Shown here: positions 1 through 12,608 of the stretch, piece after piece
Layout of the letters: each line of letters begins with the position of its first letter
Position numbering within the stretch: the stretch's first letter is position 1
From: Yuukianura sp. NJ FZ-2021
Lineage: Eukaryota
DNA: 64,000 nucleotides
Direction: 5' to 3'
Assembly: GCA_046563655.1 (NCBI GenBank)
Contig: CM102284.1
Location: 6,448,001 to 6,512,000 of the forward strand
Position numbers and translations under genes: made by a program
Notes under the pieces: model-generated
What the model saw: the letters and a program-made list of their open reading frames with translations, nothing else
What the model was told of the DNA's origin: nothing
Databases searched by the model: none

Positions 1-1064
1 AAGCATTTTTTTCATATTTGCTCTTCTCATTTTCATTCGATCTTCTTCCGTTTTTGGAAAATCTCTAAAATCTACATCAGGAATAATGGTAATAATTTTA
101 TCAGAGGGTGGACCACCTTCTGGATCTCCACCCTCGTCCAACTCCAATGACTCACCAAAGTTACTACCATCTTCAATTTTTGTGCTCGGGCCAAAGGTCA
201 AGGTCGTTCGTCTCTTCTGTGTCACGTCTAACAAGGACTCTGCTTCCCTGAACTCTTCTTCTTCGTCTCCGTCTTCAAATAGAAACAAAATCAAAATTTT
301 GGGTTAGATTTTTCAAAAAAGTTAGCTTTTTAGAAAGACAAAACTAGAGAAGCTCATCGTCCGGCCTCACCAGTGGCTCCTACAGTATTCAAAAGGCCTT
401 CCAAAACTTCCAAATTCTTTTCCGTAATTTCAACTGTGCGAACCTTGGTTGATGGCGGGATGACTGCGTTGGAGAGGTGACGACCTTGACCTTGGTCCTT
501 CTCAAGGTCTTCAGTTGACCCGTGCCCATGCGCCCGCAATTCTTCGAGTTTCTTCCTCCGTTCAAGCCACCAACTCACAATGATAACAATAATCTAGAAA
601 AAAATTCAAAAGAAAGTAAAAAAAAATCACATAAAAATCCCGCAATGGATTTCTTCCTTTTCAGTAAAAGTTTTTTCAAAAGAAGATTTTTTGGAGAAAG
701 TAAAATCTCACGATTTTTTTTCTATTGTTCACATCATCATTCTTTCAAGTGTCGCTGGGTAAGTGATTGATGATTCTGTACGTTATGCTACATTACACTT
801 ACATTATTTTATTATGTACTTACATCTTATGCACATTATGCACACTAAAAGTAAGGTCACGTAACATAACTTATGTTAGACATTTTTACTTACCACAAGT
901 AAAACGAGCATGCCAATAATGAAGAGCGGATCCAGAAAAAAGTAGTCGTCCATCCGCATCTCGGCGGTGTAAGAAACAGAAGCGGGTTGCGTTAAATTCG
1001 TTGTTGCGTTTTGATTGGTTGAGGCTCCTGAAGCAGCTCCGCCTGACGAACTTTTACCGCACAT
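1..1064 (-). CDS. Unassigned single-pass membrane protein, 3' end runs off the window (exons 1064-894, 593-371, 272-<1)
   Basis: GT-AG splicing joins ORFs 876..1064 and 354..578 in phase, giving one hydrophobic segment (PLFIIGMLVLLV|IIVIIVSWW) followed by ERRKK. A phase-1 junction leads into an acidic exon (DGDEEEEFREAES...) that is open to position 1. Confidence 0.7.
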
Positions 1065-2686
1065 TCGTTTAGGTCACAACAATTACGAATTACAATTAGA
1101 AATTGCAACAATGATTAATACAAAATTAGCAGCAAAGACAAAACTTTTCTTTTGTTAGCACGTACAATCAATTTCTTTTTTCAAACAAAGTCGTTGAGAA
1201 GCTTGACCGTGAACGTCGATTCTGGAGCTGGAGCCATTTTGAGGCCAAAGCGAATGCAGTTTGACGACGATGACAATGCAAGGCTGGAAGGAAAGCAGTC
1301 CATGTCAAGAGGTTACTCTTTGCGGTAGAGATGACACACAAATTGGACACAAATGACGACAGACAGATGACAAAAGACAAAGACAAGACGATAAAGAAAG
1401 CACACGGAAAAGAAGGAAAGTGAGGTTGGTGGTGACAATCAAGGCATTTGGATAACTTTGGATTGATGAGAAGCTTAAAGGAAAATGCGACAAAGCGACC
1501 AAATTCCTCTGGTGTCCTCCAGCTCCGCTCCACCGACGTCGTCTGGACTGTGGTGGATTTTTGCCAACGTCTAGAGGCCTCCCTGCTTTCACCGTTATTG
1601 ATCCACCCAAAACGCCGCCACTCAATTCTGCACTACACCAAATACAGTGCAGATTTTCAAGAACTCTCGGCTGAACTCAAGCTTGAGTGAGTCAAAATAC
1701 TTTCGAAATTGTCTCCGTCCAAGTTAGGTTCGAAAGTAGTGGCGTCTTATACATGCTAATTTATAGTTGTGTCAATCAATGGAATTTTACAATTTCCATC
1801 ATTATGTTGGCGAGTTTTCCCTCTCTTTGTCAAAGTTTTAGCAAAATTTTGAACTTCTTTCGGATGTTGCATTTTAGAAAGTCCTCTCTGTAGAATGTTG
1901 GATTCATGTTCCATTGGTTGTGAGAAAGCAAGTGAAAGAAGTTAGTAGGGCACTGGGGTGCCAAGGGATTTTTGAAATCGTTTTTGGAAGCATTTCAGTT
2001 GGTTTTTGGCAAATTGCTTTGCGTTGGACACGGAAGGACAAGAGAAGAAAGGATACCAAAAATAACAATTTATGTACTTTGCATTGAAAACGAAACTACA
2101 ACAGTATTTTACTGAAAATAAACTGAGGAAATTGAGGGTTGAATTAAATTTAATGTCTGGAAAAATATTTGGCCTTGTTTAGTTAAACTACAGCGTTGCT
2201 TTCTCTAAGAGGACAAAAGGAATTACGGAATGCGAGGAATGTGGAGAAAGTTTATTTTTAAAATTTGTGGGCCGGGGACAGGGAGACAACGAGAGAGTTT
2301 TAGCGCCAAAGTTCAAATGTTATCTGCACACGAACTTCAAACCGGTAAGCAGAACAATGAAACGGAGTAACGGGATTTATTTCGGTAGCGAAACGACAAA
2401 GTACCGTTAACGAAACATATGTACTCTAACGGCATAGGGCTACTACAGCTGGAACTGACCCACCACCGAGGCTGGAAGTTGTGTGACCTGACCGCAAGAA
2501 GCTTAAGAAAACAAGGGCAGTTATCAGACATACGACGACATACGAACGATTATTCTGTAAGGTCTCTCTACGCTTTAAGTTTGACTATGATTGATCAATA
2601 ATACAAAGAAATCGTAAAATCTAAATTACAAATTATAACCATGATTTTTGGATTTGTCAGGATCCAGAGGTTGCGCAATAGCTACA

Positions 2687-4818
2687 ATGGTTGACACTCT
2701 TGGGACAGGCGACAACGCCACATATACGAACAATGGGAAGCGAGATACTCTAAATATGCACTGGGACAAGGACGTTGTTTTCGGATACCTGCGGGAGATC
2801 AAACGCTTCGCCTCACCCTCATCTAAAACCACCCAAACTCAAAACGGAAACACCGGCAGCACTCCGAAGAATTTGGGACGCTCCTTCATGACAATTATAG
2901 GCGAAGTGGATTTGCTGAACGCTGATCTATGCGTTTACCGAAGAGTTATGAATCAGGTCAAGTTTCAATTCGCCAACGGCATCGAGGTACTTCGACGAAC
3001 ACTGGACATGGGAACCGCTAACGATAATCGTCAAATTCCAAGCGATTTGGAGAATGACCTGCAATATAAGCCAACAGAATGTTTCGCTGACAAAAGCACA
3101 GAGATCTTCGGTCACATCTGTGTCGGCGAGCTTGATTTGGCCACAGCTGAACTGACTACATTTCATCTTATGAGGGAGTGCCCGTTTTTCATTTTGTGGC
3201 ATGCTGACCTTGATGAAGCCATGTCATTTATTGAAGATACATTTCGGGGTCTCATCGATTGGATGAATGGAAGCAGTGTTGATGCTGGATCGCCTCAGAA
3301 TGCCATCCCCTCACCCAATGACCTATCATTGAAAGCTCAGCTAACTCTCAAAGTCATCCGTGGTTATATGCTTAGGAACTTTCGTTACAAGGGAACAGAC
3401 AGACTTGAATCGATGAAAGAAGTAAGTTTCTGAAATAACTTACATAGTAAATTGATTTAATTCCATAATCCTAACTTTGGTTTCTACATTTCAGGTTGTC
3501 GATAATAGCGATTGTTGCGAACCAGAGTGGCTGATTGCTACTTTTGATGCCGTCCGAAAAAAGTATACTAACAATACTCAAATATACTCAAGTGATTACA
3601 AAGTTGTGGATAACATCTTCATGGTTTTAGACGAGACGTGCCAAAGTACGTTCGTGGTGGACGGCATGTAGCTGAAGAGGATGAGCACATCTATGTTGAC
3701 CGAGCTCTGAAGCTGGATGACCAGAATCCATTTGTACGGCTTGCCTTGTTGGATTGTATCGTCGATTGCTTGAGAGATTCTCGCCAGTCGTTTACATGCG
3801 GTGGTGTAACTTTCCATACAAATAGCAGTCAAATCATGGTTTTCATGAAGCAATCATGCCGGTAAGCAAAATGCTTTATTCACTTCACCAAAACGTTCAT
3901 TTTTATTAAAAAAAAAATGTTTTATCTATCCTATAAACAGAGACATACTTGCTGAATTTCCACGGAGTGTGAAATTCCATAGCAGAATTTCAGACTACTT
4001 TGCCAGATTCGTCACGCTCCGATTCTTTGATATTTCCTACGCCGAGGAATGTTTGAACATTGCATATGAACTGAACCCGACATTCCCTCTCACCACTCAC
4101 AGACTTGGAATTTTCGCGCGCATGAGTGTAAGTTTATGCTGTAATAATTTTTAGAACATCTCCGGATTATCGCTTAAAGATGTGAGTTCTTACGTGCTGT
4201 TTTGATCTAATGCGTAGAAAGGCGCTTTGAGTGCATCTTTCGAGTGGTTCCGGAAGACAGAGGCATGTGAGCCGTATCACTACAACGCCTTTTTGGAATG
4301 TGTCAAAAACATGATTGGACATCCACAAAAGTACAACACTGCTCAATTTATTGAAGACAAGCTTCGCACTCCTGGAGCTTGTTCATGGACGGATGCTGAA
4401 ATTTTGGAACTGCTGTTCTACAAAGGAATTGCCCATTTTGTTCGGAATGAACCCGAAGAAGCATTGGAGACTTGGGTCCCTGTTGCTATTCAGTTTCAGC
4501 CGCATTTTCGCCTCATTGTAAGCCATTTTGAATTTAAGAATGTTGCAAAAGACTGTAACGTGTAATTTTTCCCAGGATCTGGATCAAGTCTGTGGGTTTT
4601 ACCAATGGGACATGGATCTTATAAGCAGTGACAAGTTGCGTCTGTGGATTCACAATGAGAATTTGAAGGAAGACCAGCCTCCAAGTCGCAGGGTCCTGGT
4701 CAATCGCCTCTACAATTTGATGACAGGGAAGATGATTGCAGAGAAACCGAGATGCTCATTTTATCCACTGCAGTGTGCCAGTTATTTCCAAGATAAACGG
4801 CAAACTCAGGTCAACTAA
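2687..4818 (+). CDS. Unassigned ~590-aa helical/TPR-like protein (exons ~2687-3421, 3495-3561, 3631-3861, 3941-4127, 4217-4517, 4576-4818)
   Basis: Six ORF-track fragments join in frame at canonical GT-AG sites. TPR-like segments: YAEECLNIAYELNP, LLFYKGIAHFVRNEPEEALETW, VDRALKLDDQNP. Confidence 0.65.
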
Positions 4819-5228
4819 AAAGTTAGATTAATTAGTGCCAAACATGCTTCAGCAAGATGTTCTGATTCAGTTTAGTTTTTAGTTCAGTTCACATTATTCA
4901 GTAACTATAAAATTATGCTCCAACTACGAAAACGAACAACATCGTATTCAACCGTAGCAAATTGTTCTGGAGTTTCAAGGGCTGATGGTAATTTAATTAA
5001 GTGTTAATTAAATACTTGTGTTAAGAATTTTAGATTTTGTTCCAATAGTTTGCAATATTGCGAATAAGAAGTCTAGAGTGCGGGATTTCGCTGGTTTGAA
5101 TTTTAGAAATTAAAAAAGTAAAAAAAAAATTTCGTAAAGAAATTGAAAAGTATTTGATTCGATTAATCGTTTTAACTAACTTTCTCATAAGATTAGTTGG
5201 ACTTAACATTAGAAAGAGTGTTTCAAGA

Positions 5229-8200
5229 ATGTCACTGTACGATGACCTTGACGCTGACAAGAAGTCGGACAATGTGGCTGGATGGGCTTCGGGAATCAAG
5301 TTGTTCCAGACTCACATGCAATTGAAGAAGGCAGCAGTGACACAGGTAAATCGTTTTCGATACTTATTTCCCGTTAAGCACATTGTCTTCAGTTGACTGA
5401 TTGACGGTGACTAATTAGTCAATAACCAATGCCATTATGTCAATATAAACCTGGAAGGAATCTCGTCGGATACTTTTTGAAGCTACTGCAGTTGCAGTAT
5501 TTTATTTTTACTTTTAGGTAGTTCTAAAAAGATGTATTGTTTTAGAAAACGGGACTTATTACACTTTGCTTACTAGGTAAAATCAAAAATGTCTATAAGT
5601 AAAGTCAGGATTAAATACTCATGTACAAGCTGGATTTGGTGTTCTTGCAAAAACAAAGCAGTCGACTTGGACTTGGAGTAACGTTTGTTTTCAAAAACCA
5701 GCATACCAGAAGTCAAAGTTGGCGAATTTACTTCTTAGCGAAGGTGATCTTCATGGCGTTGCTCGGTGTAATCTTAAATCCATTCAGAGTATCCTTAGCT
5801 CCGGAAGCCAAGAGCTCATTTTCGAATTCCACGAAAGCAATGTCGTGACGTCCTGGAACCAGGCGGACTTCCCTAAAGCCGGGGAACCTAAAACACAAGA
5901 TCAGAATTTAGTTATCTGATAACTCAGTCAGTGTGTTTTGCCTAAGGTGGATAGTTAATCACTTACTGGTTGAAAAGCATTTGAAGCATCATTTCCGTCG
6001 TTTCCTCAGGCAGGTTTGTAAGAAACAGGATTTGATTCGGTGGCTGCTCACCAACAGGACCCATTTCTAACAAAAGAAACAGGATTGATCTGTTGTTTTT
6101 AATAGTTATTCAAGTTTTAGGCAACGATGAAATGTTACTTACGCTGTTGCTGTTGCATTGCGTGACCAGGGAATGACGTAGTGGGGTTTACACTGTTCTG
6201 GTTTTGCGATTTCTAGAATATAACATGAACACTTTAAGTTTAATCATCGACGCAAATTAGAATTTCATATCGCAACGTTCTAACCTTAACATCCTTGCCC
6301 TTCTTCTTCTTCCTTGAATCATCCTTGGCCTTCTTCGGCTTCTCAGCAAACGTTCCCTTCATTTTCGCCACAATATCTGAGTCAGATTTGCTGTAGTTGA
6401 TTCTCTGGCAAAGACAAAGTCGAAGTAAACAGTTTTAAAGTCTCATTACATTGTACTCCAATTCCGATCAGTTGATTGCGTTAATCCCAACTCACCATTG
6501 GTTTATCGTAGAATGGAAATCCTTGCATAGATCGAAGTGCATTTGTAGCACTGTTTATTTCTTTGAAGATCACCCAAGCTTGTCCACGGAGTTTCAATGT
6601 TTTGAGTGCCACTATGTCCATTATTGGTCCAAATTGGGAAAATATAGCGTAAAGAGACTTCTTCAGCTCTAGAAACAATCACAAGTCAAATCATACGCAA
6701 CATCAAAACGTTGAGAAGAAAATTGCTGAATTCGCTTAGTCTTACCTTCCTTTTTGACCTTCTCATTGAGATTGTTGATGTAGATCGTATGGTTTGGTCT
6801 GATGTCGGAAGTAATTTGCGGTGGTTGCTGCATCTTTATCTTCTGCAAAAACAATTTATATAGCAAATTAACCCAACTTTGTCATAAAGTTAAAAAGTGT
6901 AATTTCAAAATTGAAATTCACATGTTAAAATGTGAAAAAATATAAATCAAACAAAGATGAAAGGCACACCTTTAGCAGTTATCGATACCTTACCAGTAGA
7001 CGATTAACTTCGCACTACTAAATTAGTAGATTATCTATGTAAAGATCAACAATAACAATTAGTTTTTTGTGGATTATGAATACGAATTTTGTAAACTAGA
7101 AAACTAAAAACACGATTTTTTCAGCAGACTGACATTGCGGCCGACTAAAATTTTCCGTTACTAAGCACTCCACTCACCCTTCAAACGCCGAAGGTGCATG
7201 CTGGGCATCTTTCGTGGAATTTCTTTGAATAATAATGGAGCTTCCTTATGTGAAACTTACTACATATGTATTAACTTGTAATTACTTAGCGTTGTTTATA
7301 TTATATTTATTATGTAATTTGTATTATCTAATTTATTTAAAATAGTTGAAATTATTATTAATGTCGGTGCATGGTGCATTGCGAGACATGCATTAAGAGG
7401 TGGTGCAGTGTGCTCTAGGTTGATCCATGAAATTATAAATGTTCGAAAGCCGCATTTAAATTTGGGCGCCAAAAATTTCAAAATGCTAACACATTTCAAT
7501 AGCGTCATTTCGCTTATGAGGATGAGTTTTTCAAAAGTGCAAATCCAGATTCTACATGACCTTTGACCTCCAACATACTTTATGTTTTGTTACAAATGTA
7601 GTATAGTATGGAATATGATGTAATATTTTTTTTATGTTTTTTTTTGTGAAATTTTCAGCCCAAACGAGATATGGGAAGAAAGCAGGTTCCAGTAACACTT
7701 GCGCCAGTGATCAACCTCAATTCGAACAAGGTCAAAGGTGAAACGGAGAATCGTGAAAGTACTTTACTCGGAGTAAGCAACACTGGAGGCTTCTTGGCAT
7801 CAAGTTTCAACCTACCATATTCAGTGATTCTACCAAAAGAGTCTGGAGCGCCAAAGAAGAAGAAGATGAAAGCATTTTCGTCATACTTATCAGTTGATCC
7901 TGATTGGCAATTTGAAGATGAGTATGATCCAATGTACCCAAATGACTATGAAAAAGCGCTGAGAGAATTGAGAGATCGGCGTGACAAGGAAGCTGAGGAG
8001 GAGGAGTCAAAACGGAAGCCGAGCAGTGAACCGTAAGCAATAACGTCATAAATTCCATTTTTCTCAAAGTGTCAAAAGTATTACTGAAATATGTTTTTTT
8101 TTAATTTAGAGAGGAAGATGAACCTTATAGCTCCAGTTCATCTTCCAGCAGAGGTGCTCGAGTGGAGATTGCCCCACCACCGTCTTTGTCAGCTCAGCCT

Positions 8201-9238
8201 GCTGCAGAAGCATCTAAAGATCAAGGCGGTGGCAGCAGATTTGCAGGTCCAGCGGCGTCTGGTGGAGGTGGTTCAGCCGCTGCAAGGATTATGGCCAAAT
8301 ATGGATACAAAGAGGGTCAAGGACTTGGAAAGAAAGAACAAGGCATGGCCACTGCTCTCCAGGTTTCAAATTCAAAATTACCGAAATTTTATTTCTGGAA
8401 AATGTAAAAATTTATAATTTTTGAATATCAAAACTTGCAGGTTGAGAAGACGAGTTTTCGAACTGGAAGAATCATCCATGAAAAAGACAGGGAAGTTCAA
8501 AACAGCGTTCCGAATCCAATGGGACTCGCATCTTCAATGGCTGCATGTAATAAAAAGTTTCATGCCGAAATGTTGAATTATCGTATTTGAAAATTCAAGA
8601 TTTCAGTATAATTTTTGTATTTTCGAAAAAGCGTATTTTTTTGTTTAAATTTTAGACAATGACATTGTGGATGACGAAGAAGCTGATGGAAATCCGGACA
8701 ATGATGGACCCACTTTGACTGATCTCCTCAAAAATGCTTCCAAAGTTGTCCTGCTCAGGGTAATTGAATTAGTTGTTAAAAATAGCACAACAAGTGTTGG
8801 TTAGAAATTCAAATCAAAGTATTTCCTTCAAATTTTCAAAATTTTGAAATTTCAAATTTTCAAAATTTTAGAACATGGTTGGTCCAGGAGAGGTGGACGA
8901 TGACCTGGAACCCGAAGTCAAAGAAGAATGTCAAGGGAAGTACGGTGAAGTTTCGAATGTCACGGTTTTTCAAATGCCAGATCCAGATGAGGAAGATCCC
9001 ATTCGGATTTTTGTGGAGTTTAAGGAAGTCGATTCGGCTGCGAAGGGTGAGTGACTTAAAATTTTCAAAAAAGCTTGTTTTAAAACTTTCGAAATTTTAA
9101 GCTGATTTTTCAAAAACTTTGTGTAATGATGTGTCGTTAGCTCTACTGGATTTGAACGGACGATTTTTTGGAGGCAGACAGGTGAAGGCATCGTTCTACG
9201 AATATGATAAATACACGAACTTGGAGTTGACTTTGTAA
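5229..9238 (+). CDS. SPF45: Splicing factor 45 / RBM17 (exons 5229-5345, 7659-8032, 8110-8362, 8441-8546, 8656-8759, 8872-9046, 9141-9238)
   Basis: MSLYDDL...[20 protein letters not shown]-terminus, SF45 motif [13 protein letters not shown]-patch ([22 protein letters not shown]), C-terminal UHM ([14 protein letters not shown]...LNGRFFGGR). Confidence 0.95.
5728..6833 (-). CDS. snf: U1A/U2B''/SNF snRNP protein with two RRMs, nested in SPF45 intron 1 (exons 6833-6746, 6668-6496, 6404-6285, 6212-6143, 6066-5967, 5887-5728)
   Basis: [107 protein letters not shown]. Confidence 0.96.
6980..6987. promoter_or_regulatory. DRE-like palindrome TATCGATA near the snf 5' end
   Basis: Exact match to the arthropod DREF-binding element about 150 bp upstream of the snf ATG. 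A single 8-mer could be chance. Confidence 0.3.
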
Positions 9239-9420
9239 AGTGCATGGATGTACTGCCGAGTTCAAAATTTTAGTTCAAGATTTTTAATATTTAATTTAAT
9301 TTTATAAAATTGAAAGTAGAGCTACAGAATAATAAGTTTTGTTGTTAAAATTTTGAAATAAGTTTCAATAATAGAGAGAGAAATTGTCAAAAAACGAAAA
9401 AAGAGAGTAGAATTGTGGGT

Positions 9421-12057
9421 TTAAATTTTTGGAAGACCAGCAGCAATGCTGTCTTCAATTCCACATTCATTTGAGCCTCGCTTGATCTTGAAGAAGCCAC
9501 CATCACCTTCAGTAAGACAAAAAAAAATATATTTTTTTAAGTTTTTCAATTTTCGAAACTTTTTAAAAATTTTAAATTTTTTAGAAACCTTACCCCAGTC
9601 GTAGTTCCAGGAATTGGCAATCAACCAATAGGGAGTGTCGTTCTCAACGCCCCATCCGACCATCTTGACCGCATGACCTCCAAGTTCAGTTCCAGTTTGA
9701 TGTGAGTACACTCCTAGATTTATGTCTCAATTAGTTTTAAATTGAGTTTTTGAATTTGGAAATTTTGATTTTGAAATTTTCAGTTTGAAATTTTGTTTTC
9801 CTTGCCTTTTTTGTATAGAAGGAAGTCCGAGTACACAGAAAATGCTGCCTCGACTGGTCCGTTTTTCATGATGTCCATTTGAATTTGTTGGACATGACGA
9901 GCAATTGAATAAGCTTTCTTGCCATAATGAAGATCTTGGCCATAAGGAACTTTGTACCCATCGTCACAACTTTTCTGACACTTCGGAGTCTCTCCTTCCC
10001 CAGTGCAGTTGGGTCTTGAGCCACTGGAATGATGTTCACATGGCGGAATTTCATAGGATTGACAGCCCTAGTCATCAAGTAATTGACCCCAATTTAATTA
10101 ATTTGTCACAGTTAAAACTAAGTTGCTAAATTCAATTGAATTTTTCAGATGCGCATGCGCTTACTTGATGAGAATCGTAGGGTCCACCGGAGACGATTCC
10201 AATTTCTACCCAGTACTCCCAAGCAGCTAAAAATTGAAATGTAAGCATTTTAGCAGAAAATAGGTTGAATTTGAGCTGAAATCGACAGCTTATGATGATT
10301 GCGTGACACTTTTTAATTGTTTGTATAGACCTGCAGGAAATCCACCGTTGCAACCATCTCCGCATGAAGCACAACATGAAACCAGATTTTCTGCTGAGAA
10401 TCTAAATTTCTTTGTTCCTTTGGTGGCAATGCAGTAACGATCAGTCATGGCTTCAGTAGCAGCAAACGCCTGTTTTTCAACATTGAAAACGAATTCAACA
10501 AAGGCAACATGTAACGTTTATTTTTAAAAATACCAAACAATAGGAAAAGTATTTGACGAATTTTTGTAGAACTTGGCATGTATTACTCATGCTGTTGTTT
10601 GTGCAATGCTAACTTCCAATGTTTGACTTTGTTACCGTGTCTTTCTATGTTTTAGGAAGATAACAAGAATTGAGTCAGAGGTCACGCGGGTCAAGAGTTC
10701 TTACTAAGAATTCTTTAGGCGCAGTCCATTCAATGTCACTCAAAAGCTGAAACTTTGCGTAATCTTGTCTTTTGACGTGGCCTGCTTATGTAAACACTTA
10801 ACAGTTACATGATTGTGACCTAAAGTGACCTGGAGGAACCGTGACCAGAGTCACGGCCTAGGGAAATCCCAAGTCTTAAGCCTCTTTCAGACTGGATACG
10901 CCGCAACAACTGTCTACGGCAGTTGTGCCGGCGTAACAAACTGCCGTAGATAGTTGTTGAAGGGTTTCACAGTAGCCAACGTATTTTTTCCTACTTCGGT
11001 ACTGCTGATTAGGGAAGGATGATCAGCTGGGATGAGATGGGTCCAAAAGTTGAAACTTTTCAATTACGCTATCAAATTTCGGAAAAACGTTTTGTCCATT
11101 TTCGGAAAATTGTGCTTTTGAATCTGAAAATTGCATTGCAACTTTTGACCTTTTGAAATTCCTGATTAGAGCAATCTTTAAAAAAAAACTTTTCTGAAGT
11201 GGCGTATATGAAGTGGCGTATACTTGAAAATCGTAAGTATCTAAATAGTTAACGTCTTTGTTTTGAAATGCGCAATTTCAATTTCTGCAATTCAATCTTT
11301 CACTAAAGATCGTAAGTTGTGCGTAATTTAGCAAATTCGTTGCAATTCGAAGCCTTCTACTCATCGCAATCGCATAGAGTTGCTAATTTCGGAACAATAA
11401 TTCGAAATTTTTAACGGAAAGACATCGCAAGGCGTTTCGGAAATTGTTTTTAAAAAATTTTCAAAGTTTTTCAAAATTTGTTGGAAAACGATTAATGTAC
11501 GTTTCTTACCCAACATGAACCGCAGGATCCTTGGTCTCTGACTTCTTTTAAGGAGGGGCAATTGGGCCATTTTGTCCTGGAGTCAAAGGATTCTGGAATG
11601 TAAATGCCTTCAAGTCGATGTTTCCGTTCCGGAAGACGATGTTCCTTCCATCCTGCTTTGACACCCATCAACTGCTTGATGTAACTCCAGTCTGTCTTAG
11701 GATCAAAATTTCGTCCAGCCTGGAAGTATCAAGCATCCAGCATCAGAATCAAATTGCATGTTACAAGTAATCAAAACTGCAAAACTGTTGCATATTTCTA
11801 ATTTTTGGAAATTCTAAACTTACTGTCCAATTTTTCTGGATAGAGTTGATGTGATTGATCATATCGTCAGAGAGGGGATGAAAATCATCTGGATTGACTG
11901 CAGGGGAAGATTCGGATTCATCTGAATCCGTCTCTTCTGATTCCAGACTGGCAATGTCATCGTCATAACCGAAGTAATCGTGGAGGAAGCTTGCTGTTCC
12001 TACTGATGTCCATGACAAGGACAGTAGGACAACCGTCAATAATTTAAGGGCCAGCAT
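9421..12057 (-). CDS. CTSB: Cathepsin B (exons 12057-11824, 11719-11510, 10469-10331, 10226-10165, 10067-9806, 9713-9594, 9506-9421)
   Basis: Signal peptide, propeptide [22 protein letters not shown] active site, GCNGGFP, occluding loop [34 protein letters not shown]. Confidence 0.95.
10904..10959. repeat. 56-nt inverted repeat/hairpin (21-bp arms) in the cathepsin B large intron
   Basis: caacaactgtctacggcagtt (10904-10924) pairs with aactgccgtagatagttgttg (10939-10959), with one G-T position. Confidence 0.85.
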
Positions 12058-12608
12058 CCCTTAATTGAACAAAAGCGTAGTTTCTGGAGGAAGATTTCTG
12101 AAACCTATTTGATGAGAGTCCAGTTGATGACTAAATCTGTTCAACAGAAGTTACCAACAAGGAGAGATCAAATTTCAACTTTTGAGCTACCCCAGGATGA
12201 CTCAAAATGTTTCAAAGCATCCAATCCTGAATCTTGTAAGCATTTTTTATGCTGTGATGCTTTGAAGCTATGGAATCCATAGCGTTTGTGTTCTTGAAGC
12301 ACGATAAGATTCCTCCCCCTTCAAGATATGTATTTACAGCTTTGCTTTTTGTTTAACTTGCTGTTGCTATTCTTTCAAAAAGTTATTATCTTTTTTCTTT
12401 TGTAGCAACTTGTATGACAAACGGCAGAGGTCAAAGGTCAAAACAATGAAAAATGAAGAAAAAGGAAATGCGAAGTGTGAGACAAAAATATTATTCATGC
12501 TTTTTTGTTTTTGAAAAAAAAAAGTCATTTTGACACGAACTGAAGTCAAGTTTTATGGCGTGACCTTTTGACCTTTGAAAGTTGAAGCGGCGAAAATTGT
12601 AGAAAATG

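Noticed and set aside
712-775. Possible stop-containing alternative exon in the membrane-protein gene
   Set aside because: The acceptor lacks a polypyrimidine tract, and direct 894-to-593 splicing gives a coherent TM helix.
1168-1893. Overlapping 68-121 aa ORFs that first suggested a viral or polycistronic insert
   Set aside because: No recognisable domains and several non-ATG starts; better explained as leader/promoter DNA of the adjacent genes.
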